From contig OX597834.1 of assembly GCA_951406725.2 (NCBI GenBank), positions 23,808,001-23,872,000 on the forward strand: a DNA stretch of 64,000 bases. The letters are read 5' to 3'. This DNA comes from Octopus vulgaris (lineage: Eukaryota). The position numbers and the translations under genes were made by a program. This document shows positions 1 through 12,409 of this stretch, in pieces. The notes beneath the pieces were generated by a model. The model ran no database searches. It was not told where the DNA came from and was given only the letters and a program-made list of their open reading frames with translations. Each line of letters opens with the position of its first letter. The stretch's first letter is position 1.

Positions 1-55
1 TCAACAGCCTTGCTTTGTTCCAGAATCTTGGTTTTCAGCCGCTCTGCCATACATC
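1..55 (-). CDS. CDK5RAP1: CDK5RAP1 coding exon 4 (partial, continues beyond the window)
   Basis: atgtcatag|(G)CMAERLKTKILEQSKAV. The GCMAERLK motif supplies the third UPF0004 cysteine. Confidence 0.93.
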
Positions 56-399
56 CTATGACATAGAACCTTACATTGAAATGCTGAGTTAAATCTCATT
101 ATCTTACCATTATCAATATGTCATCATCAAACATTAATATGATACCATCCACTAACTTTCTGTATCAAAACCACTATGACCAATCCTTCCCTAGTAAACA
201 GTTTTTACCATTTACGTCTTACAGATGTCATCACAACATATTTCTATTTTATCTACCATCATCTGCTATTACAAGGTCACACCGTTAAGTACTGCCTTTA
301 CTTTACTTACCATTCAAGCTCATATCGTACTCTACTTCTCTAGAGTCTACACCACTGATTTAGCTATTACTTGTAAGCATGACATGACCATGCTTACAA

Positions 400-780
400 G
401 GCGCAGGAGTGGCTGTGTGGTAAGTAGCTTGCTTACCAACCACATGGTTCCGGGTTCAGTCCCACTGCGTGGCACCTTGGGTAAGTGTCTTCTATTATAG
501 CCTTGGGCCGACCAAAGCCTTGTAAGTGGATTTGGTAGATGGAAACTGAAAGAAGCCCGTCGTATATATGTATATATATATATGTGTGTGTGTGTCTGTG
601 TTTGTACCCCCAACATCACTTGGCAACTGATGCCGGTGTGTTTACGTCCCCGTAACTTAGCAGATAGAATGAGTACTAGGCCTACAAAGAATAAGTCCTG
701 GGGTCGATTTGCTTGACTAAAGGCGGTGCTCCAGCATGGCCGCAGTCAAATGACTGAAACAAGTAAAAGAGTAAAAAGAG
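400..780 (+). mobile_element. tRNA-derived SINE family A, near full length
   Basis: A/B-box-like head (TGGCTGTGTGGTAAG...GGTTCAGTCCC), CORE-like CCTTGGG(C/T)AAGT, internal (TA)/(TG) microsatellite and GTAAAAGA tail. Partial or diverged copies at about 10068-10401(-), 24961-25103(+), 41320-41475(+), 46038-46190(-), 53281-53427(+), 55427-55580(+) and 56780-56950(-). Confidence 0.85.
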
Positions 781-1112
781 TATGCCACCATGACCTCTCT
801 CTCTTGTAGTTACTATCTATTAGCATCATATCTACATAGCAACATAACCTACATCAACTTTAGCAACCACTATCATCACATATCCATAGCACTCGGGCTG
901 TCATCACAAGTCATGACAACCCTATTCTAGCTACTGTTGACTACATCACTTATTCATACCACCACAACCTACTTCTATTCTAGCTACTATGCACATAGCT
1001 ATACCCTCATGATCTGTTTTTACCTCTATTCTAGCTACCATCATGTGTCCATACGTCCATGACCTTCATACCTATTTAAACATTAAATTCATAATTTGTA
1101 AGAAACTATATA

Positions 1113-2414
1113 CAAAGGGAAGTCAAAAATTATCCATACTTTCACCAAAACTTCCTTTAAGTTGGCTGCCCTGCCTTCAGTGCTTATGTGTTAAAAAGTG
1201 GTACTTTTGTGACTATGTAACTGAGGTTTGACCTTGATTGCTCCAGTTTCTTTTCTTTGTGTTAGAGTGTAAATGTAGCTGTTCTGCTGACAGTGTGCAC
1301 CAAGGAAGAACAGAGATCAGCGATCCAATTTTTCTGGCCTGAAGGTGTGTCAGGGACTGAAATTGATTGCAGGCTTTCAGTTCAATATGGGGACAGTGCT
1401 CTACTGTATAGCAGTGTGTATGAGTGGATCAAGAAGTTTTAAAATGGCCAAACAAGTGTGAATCACAAAGAGGGAGCAGGACACCTATGAACATCCACCC
1501 CTGATGTGAAGATTCAGCAAGCTTAAGAGATGGTTCTGCTAAATCGACAAATGACCATCAACGAGGTGGCACGTTCACTGCAAATTAGTCATGGTCTTGT
1601 ATACAAAATCATTCACAAGCTTCACTTTCATAAAGTCTGTGTGAGACTGGTGCCAAAAGAGCATCACTGAAGTGCATGAATACAATTGCATGGAAATATG
1701 TCAATACCTATTTGACCACTACAATGATGAAAACAAAGCTTTTTTTGGAGAGAATTGTTATACGAGTTGAGACCTGGGTCCATCACTGAACCAGAATCCA
1801 AAAGGGAGAGTATGAAATGGAAACACCTGGAATAGCCAGCAGAAAAGAAATTCAAGACTAAACTTCTGAAGAAAAAGTGATGCTAACTGTTTTGTGGGGT
1901 GCAAAAGAGCCTATACTGGAACATTATCTGGAAAGGGAGTCTACAGTCACCAGTATAGGCTACAATGAAATGCTGGCCAACAAACTGAAACCAGAAATTC
2001 ACACCAAACAATGAGGTTTATTGTCAAAACAATTGTTGTGGCTGCACAACAACACATGTCCACATACAACCACTGACACTGTTGAAACCACTGGAAAATT
2101 GAGTTGCTCAAACATCCTTCATCCAGTCCAGATTTCGCCCCATCTGACTATCACCTCTTTGGACTGCTCAGGCATCCTTTACAAGGTTGTTGATTTGCTA
2201 TGGACAAAGAAACACAGGAAGTGGTGCATAAATGGCTGCGTGACCAACCATAAACTTTCTCTGATGGAATAAGCAAGCTTGTTGGACCACTGGAAGAAGT
2301 CAACTTTAGAAAAGCAAGGAAACTAGGTTGAAAAAGTATGTATTTGTTCAATCCCAGCTTTTGCTTTAATGAATTACAGAAACAAGAGTGCATATAATTT
2401 TCAAATTACCCTCA
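1113..2414 (+). mobile_element. Degenerate full-length mariner (Tc1/mariner) element
   Basis: TA-flanked imperfect TIRs (caaagggaagtcaaaaattatccatact / gagtgcatataattttcaaattaccctca), about 1.3 kb. Remnants of the ETWVHH, VMLTVLW, HNNTCPH and SPDFAPSDYHLFG transposase motifs with many stops. Confidence 0.85.
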
Positions 2415-2553
2415 TAATTTATTCTCACAGTTCAATAGCTTGAGCAACAATTCAAACTTTCCACCTTATATAGTCACATTATATCAAATATTTTCAACAA
2501 AATTTCAAAATTCACTTACACTGGATAAAATTTTTTTTTTTTTTGCAACATAC

Positions 2554-2683
2554 CCAAAATTCCAATTTTCATAGAGTTTCTTTTTCTTTTCTTCTTTAAG
2601 AAGTTCAAGTATTCTAGACGTTTCCATATCTTAGTTTCAGCTCCCTCTCGAATAGAACAGGTCATCAGGAATGCTACATCACA
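2554..2683 (-). CDS. CDK5RAP1: CDK5RAP1 coding exon 3
   Basis: tttttgccatcag|CDVAFLMTCSIREGAETKIWKRLEYLNFLKKKRKRNSMKIGIL G|gtatgt. Contains the TCSIRE motif; phases are consistent. Confidence 0.95.
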
Positions 2684-3124
2684 CTGATGGCAAAAATGGA
2701 TACAGGAAATAAATATAAATACAAATGAAGTGGTATCAAAAAATTTCCAGGCTAGTTTTGCAGCATGCCAACAGATGGCAGCACATAGCTGCATGCACAG
2801 TGACCAAATGAACCAAATGAAAAGCAGATTTTCAATCCTGGGATAATATGTCTATGTAAAGCAAATGTAGACTGAGATACAAGGGTCCCAGATAGACAGA
2901 CACAATTTCGCTTTTATTATATAGATATTTACAATATTCATATCAACATAAAATTTCAATCAGTTTAATCTTCAATAACTATCAAGAGTTTTTAATGAAA
3001 TTTGTCTGAATGAAGCTTAAGCGGACAATAATTTATGTATGGATGCATTTTTAGATGCCATTAAAAAAGAGAAGAAATGTATAAAAAAAAAAAAAAAAAT
3101 AAAAAAAAAGCAGATTAAACTTAC

Positions 3125-3228
3125 ATTTTTGATATCAAAACTTCTTTCAAAATCCTCCTTCTCCAATATTGACCAGACAATATCTGTATCATTAACATTC
3201 ATCTGACAACCATAGGTTTCAAGATAAA
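3125..3228 (-). CDS. CDK5RAP1: CDK5RAP1 coding exon 2
   Basis: ttctccttgtag|(V)YLETYGCQMNVNDTDIVWSILEKEDFERSFDIKN|gtaagt. TYGCQMN is the MiaB/UPF0004 N-terminal Fe-S motif. Confidence 0.95.
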
Positions 3229-3295
3229 CTACAAGGAGAAAATCAAAACTAACAGAGTTAACACATCATAGGAATATACTATAGATGCACACACA

Positions 3296-3745
3296 TTTAA
3301 ATTATCCTCTACAGTCAAAGCCCATCTTTCACTGCCATGTAGCATAGCTGTATGTACACAGGCATCACACAATCTGTCTTTCACTCTGAATTTTGCCCAG
3401 TCCATTCTTATTCTAGCAACTACACTTTCAGAACTTCCTCCTCCACTGCTAAGTTGATCGCCTAGGTAACAGAAGCTTTCTACTACTTCTGATATCCCCA
3501 AGCATTTGAGGGAGTCTGTTGTCTGTGCATTTTTAGTGCTTATGGTACCTGCACATTTGCCACACACAAAGACTATTTTCTCTGTTAACCTTCCTGGGAT
3601 ATTACTGCACCTCTTATGTGTCCAAAGCTTGCACTGGGTACAATGTATGGAGTTTCTATCACCACAAGTTGATAGAAACTTGTGTTGACAGAAGGTGAGA
3701 GCATTACGGATAACAGTGATTCCACCGAGATCGGAATTACTCCTC
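3296..3745 (-). mobile_element. RTE-type LINE internal fragment
   Basis: EVVESFCYLGDQLSSGGGS...ARIRMDWAKFR...MLHGSERWAL; same family as the 39950-40575 fragment. Confidence 0.8.
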
Positions 3746-4459
3746 TAATGTAGTGTGAATGGCTCATTTGATGGCTAACTGGGGATGACAGACAGTGTAA
3801 GATGAAGGATGGAATGATGGTGGGATGAACCTTGGTGGAGACAGGTGGTGATGAAGTGTTGATTATGGCAGCCAATTTCTCACAGGAGACACAGAAGATT
3901 CACAATGGACAAATTGAGAGACTGTGCCAAGCAGTGGACCAGGAGCAGTGTTGACCGTGTACCTGCAGAAAGAGTGTAATTGGGGGGAGTAGAGGGTCTG
4001 CCAGTGCATTTACAAGTCCTATTTGCATGGAGTTGTCAGTTGTTCCTGAGCGTTAAACTAATACATTTGTTTGTTGTTTACACACCTGTCTTTGTCTTTT
4101 TTTTTTGTAAATTCTCACTAGATTTTCATCAACAAAGTAATTGACCAATCAATGAATTTCTGCCCCATTTTGGCAAACTTTCGATAAAAGTAGCACAAAT
4201 GTCAAAATAAGTCAACTGATTTATCTATGAATTTGCTACTTTTATCGAAAGATTGCCTGGATACCTATGCAGTTGCTTGACTTGCTAGCAATAGCAGCCA
4301 AATATCCTTCAAATTACATCTTACCATCTTTAAAAACAAATAGATGTAATCCTACATGATATATTTGGAGAGAAATAGAAGCATGGGACGGTCACGACCA
4401 GAATGTTTTGCATGATACATCAGCTCAATCAGAACAAACCAGACATTCCTACACATGTG

Positions 4460-5188
4460 CGCCCCACCCCCAACTTTGTTGCCTCCTAACTTCTAGAAAA
4501 ATGGATACATTTTAACGAATTTTTCTACAAATATTCTTCAAATGGCGTAGATTCTGATATATTAAAATATGTGCTGAAATTCTTTTTCAGAGAGTGAAGT
4601 ATGTATTTTCGGCAATTCCCACGAGCAGGCTTTGTTTACTCGTAACTTTCCGAAAAATGGGTGCTTTTTAATGAAATTTTCTATTAATAACTTTCACAGC
4701 GTGTAGGTCACGATTATATCGGAATTTAATATGAAAAAAAAAAATGAAAAGTGGTCCTGCGCACATACATACAGACACACATCATATACACCTAGAAAAT
4801 ACCACGAAGGTAAATTATGCATCAGTATGTGCGTGTACTCAATTATTTTTCTTTCTGCACTAATTTCCGATATAATTTGTAATTTACACACTTTGTAATT
4901 TCATGAAAAAATCCCCATTTTTCTTAAAGTTACGAGGAAACAAGGCCACCTTGTGTGAATTTTCCGAAACTCCTCTTTTCACCCAAAGAAAAATATTTTT
5001 CACAACAAATTCCGATACAATCGGAATCTACACCATCTGAAGCGGGGTTGATACTACGCAAAAAATCCTAGTTTTTTTTTTTTTTCTTAGTGAAAATCGT
5101 GCGGGAATTACTATGAATATTTACCGAAAATTTCTCTAAAAAGTAACCATTTTTCTGGAAGTTAGAGACAAAGTCAGGTGGGGATGCC
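4460..5188. mobile_element. MITE with long imperfect TIRs in CDK5RAP1 intron 1
   Basis: ccccacc..actttgt..ctaacttctagaaaaatgg pairs with ccatttttctggaagttagagacaaagtcaggtgggg. Related GTGAATTTTCCGAA segments at about 18482-18720, 20840-20950 and 21358-21460. Confidence 0.6.
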
Positions 5189-5228
5189 CAACAAAATTTT
5201 ACCCAATTAATTATATAAACACACTAAC

Positions 5229-5559
5229 CTCTACGTCGTTGGCCCTTAAATAGAGATTTATGTAAATAAGGTATGTCATTGGTTATTTCTGCAGAGATAT
5301 TGTTCTGTTTAATAATTGTTTCATTTGAATTATTGCATAAGAAGTCATCAAAGTTGGGTCCATGCACGAGTTTTTCTCTGAAAGTTTCAAAGTTACTTTT
5401 GCGAGGTGATGAGCTTTCGTTAGGTTTAACTGAAGACACACATCGTTTGTAGGGCGGTACATTTCTATAATGGGAGCTTATATGTGGTTGGGATTTTAGT
5501 CGAAGACAAGTGGTGAAGGTATAATTTGTTGACAACAAACGGTTGAAAGATAACATCAT
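5229..5559 (-). CDS. CDK5RAP1: CDK5RAP1 (MiaB-family mitochondrial tRNA methylthiotransferase), coding exon 1
   Basis: MMLSFNRLLSTNYTFTTCLRLKSQ... is an R/S/L-rich presequence-like N-terminus, followed by GPNFDDFL and PYL...GQRR. Ends AGA G|gttagt (phase 1) and joins in frame to exon 2. Confidence 0.88.
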
Positions 5560-6791
5560 TTAAGTAGAGATGACGAAGGACAAGACTAGAGGAGACAGCC
5601 ATGCCAGTCTGAAACGGTGTAAAGCCACATTTTATCCGACCGAAAATAAAGGAAAGCGGGCGGTGTTACAGTATAAGTACCGGTCTACTTCTGGAAGTAC
5701 CGGATACATTTCAAAAAAGTGTTTTTTTTTATATATATGGGGGGTTAGGATTAGGGTTAGTGTTTCTGTTCGGGTTAGGGTTTGTGTTAGGGGTGGGAGA
5801 AAAGGGTTTCTGTTATCTTCAGAAATGTAAACAAAGTCACGTGTGTACATATACCGAAGCATCGCCACAAACCTTAACCCTAGCAGAAACCCTAACCTCC
5901 CATATATATATATATGGTCAATATAATCGACTTTCTCTACCCCTCAAAAATGCTGACCTATTGTAGAAAGGATTATTGTTTTATACTATATTATTAAATA
6001 TCAAAGTCTTTAGTCATATATGTCTACGACTTGGTTACAGTTTCACTGTTACTATAACTCGTCCAAAAAAGAAACTGATATTCTACTATATAATAGAATA
6101 TCAGTTTTTAACTCCCCCCCATAGCTCCTAAAATTTCCACTCATTCGAATTTTAACCCAGAGTCCGAATTTTTAAAACATTTACACATCTATAACTTGAT
6201 CCCTGATACTCAGCTTTGCTGTAGAGTATCGTCTACAGTAACTTCAAGATATCAACGTTATAAAGAAGAAAAAATATTCTATGTAAAATAAATTTCAAAA
6301 ACCGGCATCAAAATCTCCCCCTCTCTATAGTCATGCTTTCAAAGTGAAAGCAGATCCGCAGATTTATTTAACAGCTTACTTTAAAACATTTCTTACACTT
6401 ACAAAATGCGATGAAGAGAAGAAGAAAGTATTAACTTTTGAGGATAGACATTTCGTCATATTTCACTCCAATGAAAATATCTTCCGGAAATACCCTTTCA
6501 TCGCGGTAAACATTATTATCTCTTGTTTTCCTTTTTTGGAGCCTTGTCTCTGCCAATTTTAAGAGAGCGAACGGTAATAATTTTCACCGTTTTATAAACA
6601 TCGACAAAACTATTTGTAGAGCTTATATATAACCTGCCACAGTTCTGTTGTGTGTGTGTGAAGTAATTATTAAAAATATATCTGGCTCTGTAACACGTGC
6701 ACCTGCTTACTTCAAAATGAAACTATTGCGTAAGCCACAAGGGTAATATCAAAACCATCTCGCTATTTGACATTTTGCAGTTGTCAACTTC
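5560..6791. promoter_or_regulatory. Putative shared/bidirectional promoter region of CDK5RAP1 and YRDC
   Basis: Divergent start codons about 1.2 kb apart. CpGs look locally retained by eye compared with the surrounding CpG-depleted DNA. Confidence 0.6.
5659..5866. mobile_element. GGCG-ended MITE containing TTAGGG-like repeats
   Basis: TIRs ggcggtgttacagtata / tataccgaagcatcgcc; same family as 19269-19435. Confidence 0.75.
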
Positions 6792-6894
6792 ATGAAAATC
6801 TGTAGTTTATTATTTAGTAGCGGATTTAAAATTAGTAGAGTCCTGAAACCAGTGAACAAGATGGCAAAAATCATACAGCTGGATACTATAGAAG
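6792..6894 (+). CDS. YRDC: YRDC (threonylcarbamoyl-AMP synthase, Sua5/TsaC family), coding exon 1
   Basis: MKICSLLFSSGFKISRVLKPVNKMAKIIQLDTIE G|gtaagt. A perfect phase-1 donor matching exon 2; second in-frame ATG at 6861. Confidence 0.82.
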
Positions 6895-7049
6895 GTAAGT
6901 TTAACTTTAAGATTTCTTGAGCGTGTATAAAAAATAAAAAAAATCGGCGGCATTCTGGTTTAAGCGCTTCACATATCGCCTCGTAACTTCTCTATTTTTT
7001 GGAACTTTAAGAAAATTTTTGCGAATTTGTGTTTTACACGCGAGAATTC

Positions 7050-7342
7050 GGATCTTTTCGATTTGAACGGCATTTTTTAAAAGGAATTTCCGCATAAGTA
7101 AACACTTTTAAACTTCCTATACTGGTAGAATGTGTTTATAAAACATCTTTTTCGGTTTGAACGGCAATTTTTTGTAGCGGTGTCATGAAATTGTCACCAA
7201 ATATCTTACAAACTATAGAATTTTCTCAATAAAGCCAAGAGAAAAAGATGTTTATAAACACATTCTACCAGTATACGAAGTTTAAAATTTTTTAGTTTCC
7301 TAGAAATTATGTTAAAAACTGCCGTTCAAACCGAAAAGATCC
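7050..7342. mobile_element. GGATC-ended MITE (YRDC intron 1)
   Basis: TIRs GGATCTTTTCGATTTGAACGGCA / TGCCGTTCAAACCGAAAAGATCC with long sub-terminal inverted homology. Confidence 0.8.
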
Positions 7343-7413
7343 CCTTTTTCTCTGGTTCTTTTAAACTTGGGTCTTATATCTATTGTTTAAATTTCTTTGT
7401 AATTGAAAATATA

Positions 7414-8310
7414 TTGGGTCGTCCGGGAAGTTTGTGCCGATTTTTAAAGGAAAGAAAACGGTCAATAAATACTTGCCATTACATTTTTAATCAACCAAAT
7501 ATGAAACATTTTGTTGCGCAATGCGTCTCCATCTTTCCTTTAACTTGAAAATACCCTCTTCCCAGAATTGAGGTGGTTTCATGGCAAAGAATTCATCAAG
7601 GTATCTTTTTACGTCATCCAAGGAATTGAAATTTTTATCTTTAAGACTATTCTGCAGAGATCTGAATAAGTGGAAATCTGAAGGAGCAATATCTGTTGAA
7701 TATGAAGGGTCGGGTAACACATCCCAGCCAAGCTGCAGCAATTTTTGCCTGGTGCCCAAAGAAATGTGCGGTCTTGCATTATCATGTTGGAGAACAACAC
7801 CCTTCCTGTTGGCCAATTCTGGACGTTTCTCTTGAATTGCTGCTTTTAACTCGTCCAATTGTGTGCAGTATTTCTCAGAATTAATTGTCTGGTTACTTGG
7901 GAGAAGCTCATAGTACAGAATTACTTTCCAATCCCACCAGACACAGAGCAAGATTTTTTTTAGAGTGAAGACCCGCTTTTGGGGTGGTTAAGGGTGGCTC
8001 ATGTCACTTACTCCAGGATCGCTTTCTCTGAACATTTCAGTAGATAATCCATTTCTCATCACCTGTCACAATTTGCTTTAAAAAAGGCACATTTCCATTC
8101 CGTTTATAAAGCGAATCACAGATGGAAATGCGATCCAAAAGGTTCTTCTCATTCAACTCATGTGGTACCCAAACATAATAGCGATTTGTACACCCAAGCT
8201 TTACCAGGTGCTCACAAATGATGTATTTTGATAGGTTGAGGCTTTCTGCCGATTTTCGGGTTGTGCATTGTGGGTTATTCTCAATTAATGACTTGATTTG
8301 GTCATCATCT
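7414..8310 (-). mobile_element. Mariner transposon, 5'-truncated
   Basis: IVTGDEKWI, LCVWWDWK, HDNARPH and YSTDIAPSDFHLFRSLQN (DD34D-type) motifs; one TIR TA|TTGGGTCGTCCGGGAAG. Confidence 0.92.
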
Positions 8311-8396
8311 GTGTAGAGGCTTCCTCACTGGCCTATAATTCTTGTTCAAAAAGTTTCGAACCCTTTAGTTGCAAAGTTTTTTTCTTATATTTGTAG

Positions 8397-8592
8397 ATCT
8401 GAAACCTCAAATAACTATTGCTGCCAAGAAATTGCTGTCTGGAGGTGTGATTGCTGTTCCCACTGACACTATCTATGGTATTGCTTGTCTTGCCCAAAAT
8501 AAGGATGCCGTTGACAGTATATACAAGATAAAGAAGCGGAATCCATTGAAACCTATTGCCATTAGCATTGCTGATGTCAAAGATATTTCCAA
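8397..8592 (+). CDS. YRDC: YRDC coding exon 2
   Basis: ttgtag|(D)LKPQITIAAKKLLSGGVIAVPTDTIYGIACLAQNKDAVDSIYKIKKRNPLKPIAISIADVKDIS|gtaag. Contains the PTDTIYG and KxR..KP YrdC motifs. Confidence 0.96.
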
Positions 8593-8624
8593 GTAAGAAT
8601 TCTTTTTATCAGTCATTTGGTTTG

Positions 8625-9175
8625 TCTCAGTTGTGGTGTGCAAGAGAGACGTTTGCGCTGGTATGGTCATGTGGCGAGAATGGATGAAGATAGTTGTGTG
8701 AAAAAGTGCCACACCCTAGCGGTTGAGGGAACCTGTGGAAGAGGTAGACCCAGGAAAACCTGGGACGAGGTGGTGAAGCACAACCTTCAAACTTTAGGTC
8801 TCACCGAGGAAATGACTAGAGACCGAGACCTATGGAAGTATGCTGTGCGTGAGAAGACCCAGCAGGACAAGTGAGGCCATAATCCTGTGGCCTACACCTG
8901 GGATGTAGCCAGCCCACTTATGCATTCCTTTCCTTCTTGGGACACAAAACTCCACTTGTGAAGACCTGTTGAGGCAAGTGAAAATCAAAATCGTAATCTG
9001 ATACCAGTGCCAGTGGCACCGAACGTGGCCGTAGCCAGCGCCATACGACTGGCCTCCGTGCCGGTGGCACTTGCATCCAGCTGTAGAAACACTGCCAGAT
9101 CAGACTGGGCCTGGTGCAGCCTTCTGGCTTCCCAGACCCCAGTTGAACTGTCCAACCCATCATGATGATGATGAA
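8625..9175 (+). mobile_element. 5'-truncated RTE LINE (ORF C-terminus, 3' UTR and (GAT)n tail)
   Basis: QERRLRWYGHVARMDED...GRGRPRKTWDEVV...DRDLW followed by the 3' UTR found in many other copies. Confidence 0.9.
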
Positions 9176-9448
9176 GAGAAGCATCCCATCCCTGAGCATC
9201 TTGCCTTTTATTTAGTCAAACTCTATCTTGGATTACGTTATTGAATGCATCCTTCTACTTTGGAAATGGTTGTTATTTGAGGAATATTTTACTGGTGTTT
9301 CTAGCAGATCAGTCAGCCACATAAAAGCTTTTTTTTCATTTCATTTCATCTAGTTTCAGCTCACGAGCTATGGCCATGCTTGTTCATTTGCTTGGGCTTT
9401 GTGCCTAAATTAGAAACAATTATTATCATTTTTTTTGTTTCATTTCAG

Positions 9449-9683
9449 ATGGTGCAATGTGACTGTCCCCATTTCACTTTTACATGATTTACTTCCTGGA
9501 CCTGTCACCTTAGTGTTTCAGCGATCCCAGCAACTGAACGAGTATTTGAATCCTGATACAGATTATGTTGGTATACGTATTCCAGATCATTCATTCATAC
9601 GAGGTTTGGCTCGGACTGTTGATGGACCCATTGCCCTCACAAGTGCTAACATAAGTGACCAACAAAGTCCATTGTCCATAAAA
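9449..9683 (+). CDS. YRDC: YRDC coding exon 3
   Basis: catttcag|WCNVTVPISLLHDLLPGPVTLVFQR...VGIRIPDH...PIALTSANISDQQSPLSIK|gtaaag. Contains the PGPVT, GIRIP and TSAN motifs. Confidence 0.96.
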
Positions 9684-11312
9684 GTAAAGTTTCAAACATT
9701 CTTTGACATATTTTTCATATTGTACATGTGTGTGCATTCTGAGAGAAGTATTCCACTCTAATATAATCAGAAAACTCTTTGGGTGGTGAAAAGCTGTAAT
9801 GAAGAGAAAAAATATTTGTAAATCATTCTTTGAAAAGTCGCATAATTATTTAACCCTTTCAGCACCTATTTTGTGTGTGTGTGTGTGTGTGTATACATAT
9901 GTTATAATTTCATTGACATTAACTTCAAAGTTTAACTGATTAGTGGCTTATTCAAACTATTTGAAGGAGTCACCCCCATTGCCAATGAAATTATAATAAA
10001 TATTAAACTCTACACTGTTTTCAGTGTGTGTGTGTATATATATACGCACATATATATACATATAGTTATCTTTTATTTTTTAATTGTTTCAGTCATTAGA
10101 CTGTGACCATGCTAGGGCACCACCTTCAATTTTCTTCTTTTTAATCAAATGAATCGACCTCAACAATACTCTTTTTTAAAAGTCTGGTACTTATTCTATT
10201 GATCTCTTTTGCCAGGCTGCTAAGTTACAGGGTCTTAAACACACCAACGCTGGTTGTAAAGTGGTGTGGGGAACAGACACAGATGCAAAGTCACGCACAC
10301 ACACAGTCATACAAATATGATGAACTTCTTTCAGTTTCTGTGTAGCAAATCCACTCACAAGGCTTTGGTTGGCCTGAAGCTATAGTAGAAGCCACTTGCC
10401 CATTTATATATAAATTTTCTATTAATCACATATACATGAATCTTAATTTTCTTTCTTCCTTTTTTTGGGTCTTAAAGCTACCAATGCTTTCATGTGAAGA
10501 GGTCTTTGCAATTGTTCAAGTATGCCACATGGAAGTGTAGGTACTTGTCTCCCTTTCAGATAGGAAAAACATGAGATTCACTGGATTGAGTGGGGTTTGA
10601 AAATAAATACACAGGTTACAAGAGGCAGCTTATAAGAATATTTTGATTGTTATTTCCCTTGCATTAGCCCTGGATTTTTGCAAGAAATTGTGTTCCCCAT
10701 AGATTATTTTCGTAATTATCTTATGCAAGAAAACTCGTGCATGCCCATATTCATAAATATATGCATATATCTACAAATACATAAACACATAGACATACAT
10801 ATATATATATAAGTATATATATATATGTATGCTAGAAGAAGATCCGCTATGGTCTTACCATTCCTTTGTTAGTGGTAAGACCATAGCAGATCTTCTAGCA
10901 TAATGGATGTCTACTTACATTTCATCCCTCTTATATAATAGTTTCAGTATTAAAGTGAAAGCATCTGACATTACAATAGAGAGATGCTATTGTTTCACTT
11001 TTGACATGTAATACAGAAATAGTGAAGATATGATATTGCTGTGGGCTCGCACTGGGCAAGAAGTTAAAATTTTTTTTTGACCATGACACTACATGGACCC
11101 TAAGTAAGGCATGTATAAGATTTGAATGAAATTGGTTGTGTAGTTCTCAAGTTTTAGGGATTCACACAGACAGACACACACATACACATTCTCATCTTTA
11201 TATATAGAGATTGTCATAAATGTGTATATATGTATATTTATTTGTGTGTGTGTGGATATATATATATATCATACATTTCTTTCTGCTAACTACAGTTTTC
11301 ATTGTTTTCTAG

Positions 11313-11449
11313 GAATTTGAAAACTTATGGCCTGAATTGGACATTGTCTGTGATGGTGGTACATTGGGGAGTACTGTTGAGTCACGACAAGGTTCAACAG
11401 TAGTTGACCTCAGTGTCAAAGATTGTTTCAAGGTATTACGTGATGGAAG
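11313..11449 (+). CDS. YRDC: YRDC coding exon 4
   Basis: Branch point ctaac, then ttttctag|EFENLWPELDIVCDGGTLGSTVESRQGSTVVDLSVKDCFKVLRDG|gtaag. Contains the DGG and STVVDL motifs. Confidence 0.95.
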
Positions 11450-11944
11450 GTAAGAAGTAATACCATTATATGAAGTATTTCTTAGCTTATGTTTTTCTTT
11501 CTTAGCTAAATACTTTACTTTGGTGTATTTTTTTTTCTTTGCTAAATTGTAGCTTTGGGTTCAGTCCCACTGCACAACATCTTAGACAAATGTCTTTTAA
11601 AATACAATCTAAGATTGACCAAAGAATTATCAGAAAAGAATTATCAGAAAAACTATGTGGAAGCCTTTCTGAAAGACTGTTCCTGTTCTTATGTGGTAGA
11701 CTTTATCTATTTCCTGGAACTGAATTTTTGAGAAAAATCTTAGTACTCATTCTCTGAGTAAAAAGGCATGTTATTGAAACAAGCATTATGAGTATGGAAG
11801 AGAGATTTTGTGAGATGCTGGGAGGCTATTTGTTGAACTGCTGTCATATGAGCCATGAGAGGGAGAGATTTTACATGCTGTTATGTATATTGCTACTGAT
11901 AAAAAGGGGTTTGACATAATTCCTTCTATACACTAATTTTCTTT

Positions 11945-12205
11945 TATTTTTGAGTTCGTAGCTTATGGCACATCATTATGTTTGAACCTTTCTTTATGAA
12001 ATTTGAGTCCAGGTTTTCTGTTGCTGCCTCGAAGGTTTTGGATTCTTTAACGATGAGGTCCTTGCCCCACAGAGGACTAAGAGTACCTCTAGTTTAAATT
12101 CATCTGGAACTTTTGCTTTTGCTATGTAGATGTGTAGCATCCATTTCCAGTAAATATAATCTTCCTCAGTTGGGTTGTCTTCTCGAACACTTTGGTATCC
12201 ATTTA
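11945..12205 (-). mobile_element. Possible Gypsy gag fragment
   Basis: Frameshifted YWKWMLHIYIAKAKVPDEFKLEVLL.../KTFEAATENLDSNFIKK...HKLRTQK resembles a retrotransposon gag N-terminus. Confidence 0.4.
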
Positions 12206-12409
12206 GAATGAAGTTTGAATAAAGTTCGTCATAAACCAGTTCAAAGAAGGCTTTTATTCAAACTTTATTTCTGCTCGCCATCTAATCCATTAATCACTGC
12301 TGTTCAACAATTAAGACTTGTTTTATTTTAAGTAAAGACAGTATTCATATATCAACATCATTTGACACTATGCTGCATTTTCGTACCCAATATAAAATAA
12401 GATATCTAT

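Noticed and set aside
3125-3228. CDKAL1 as the methylthiotransferase identity
   Set aside because: YLETYGCQMNVND, TCSIRE and GCMAERLK match the MiaB/CDK5RAP1 clade; CDKAL1 has a TWGCSHN-type motif.
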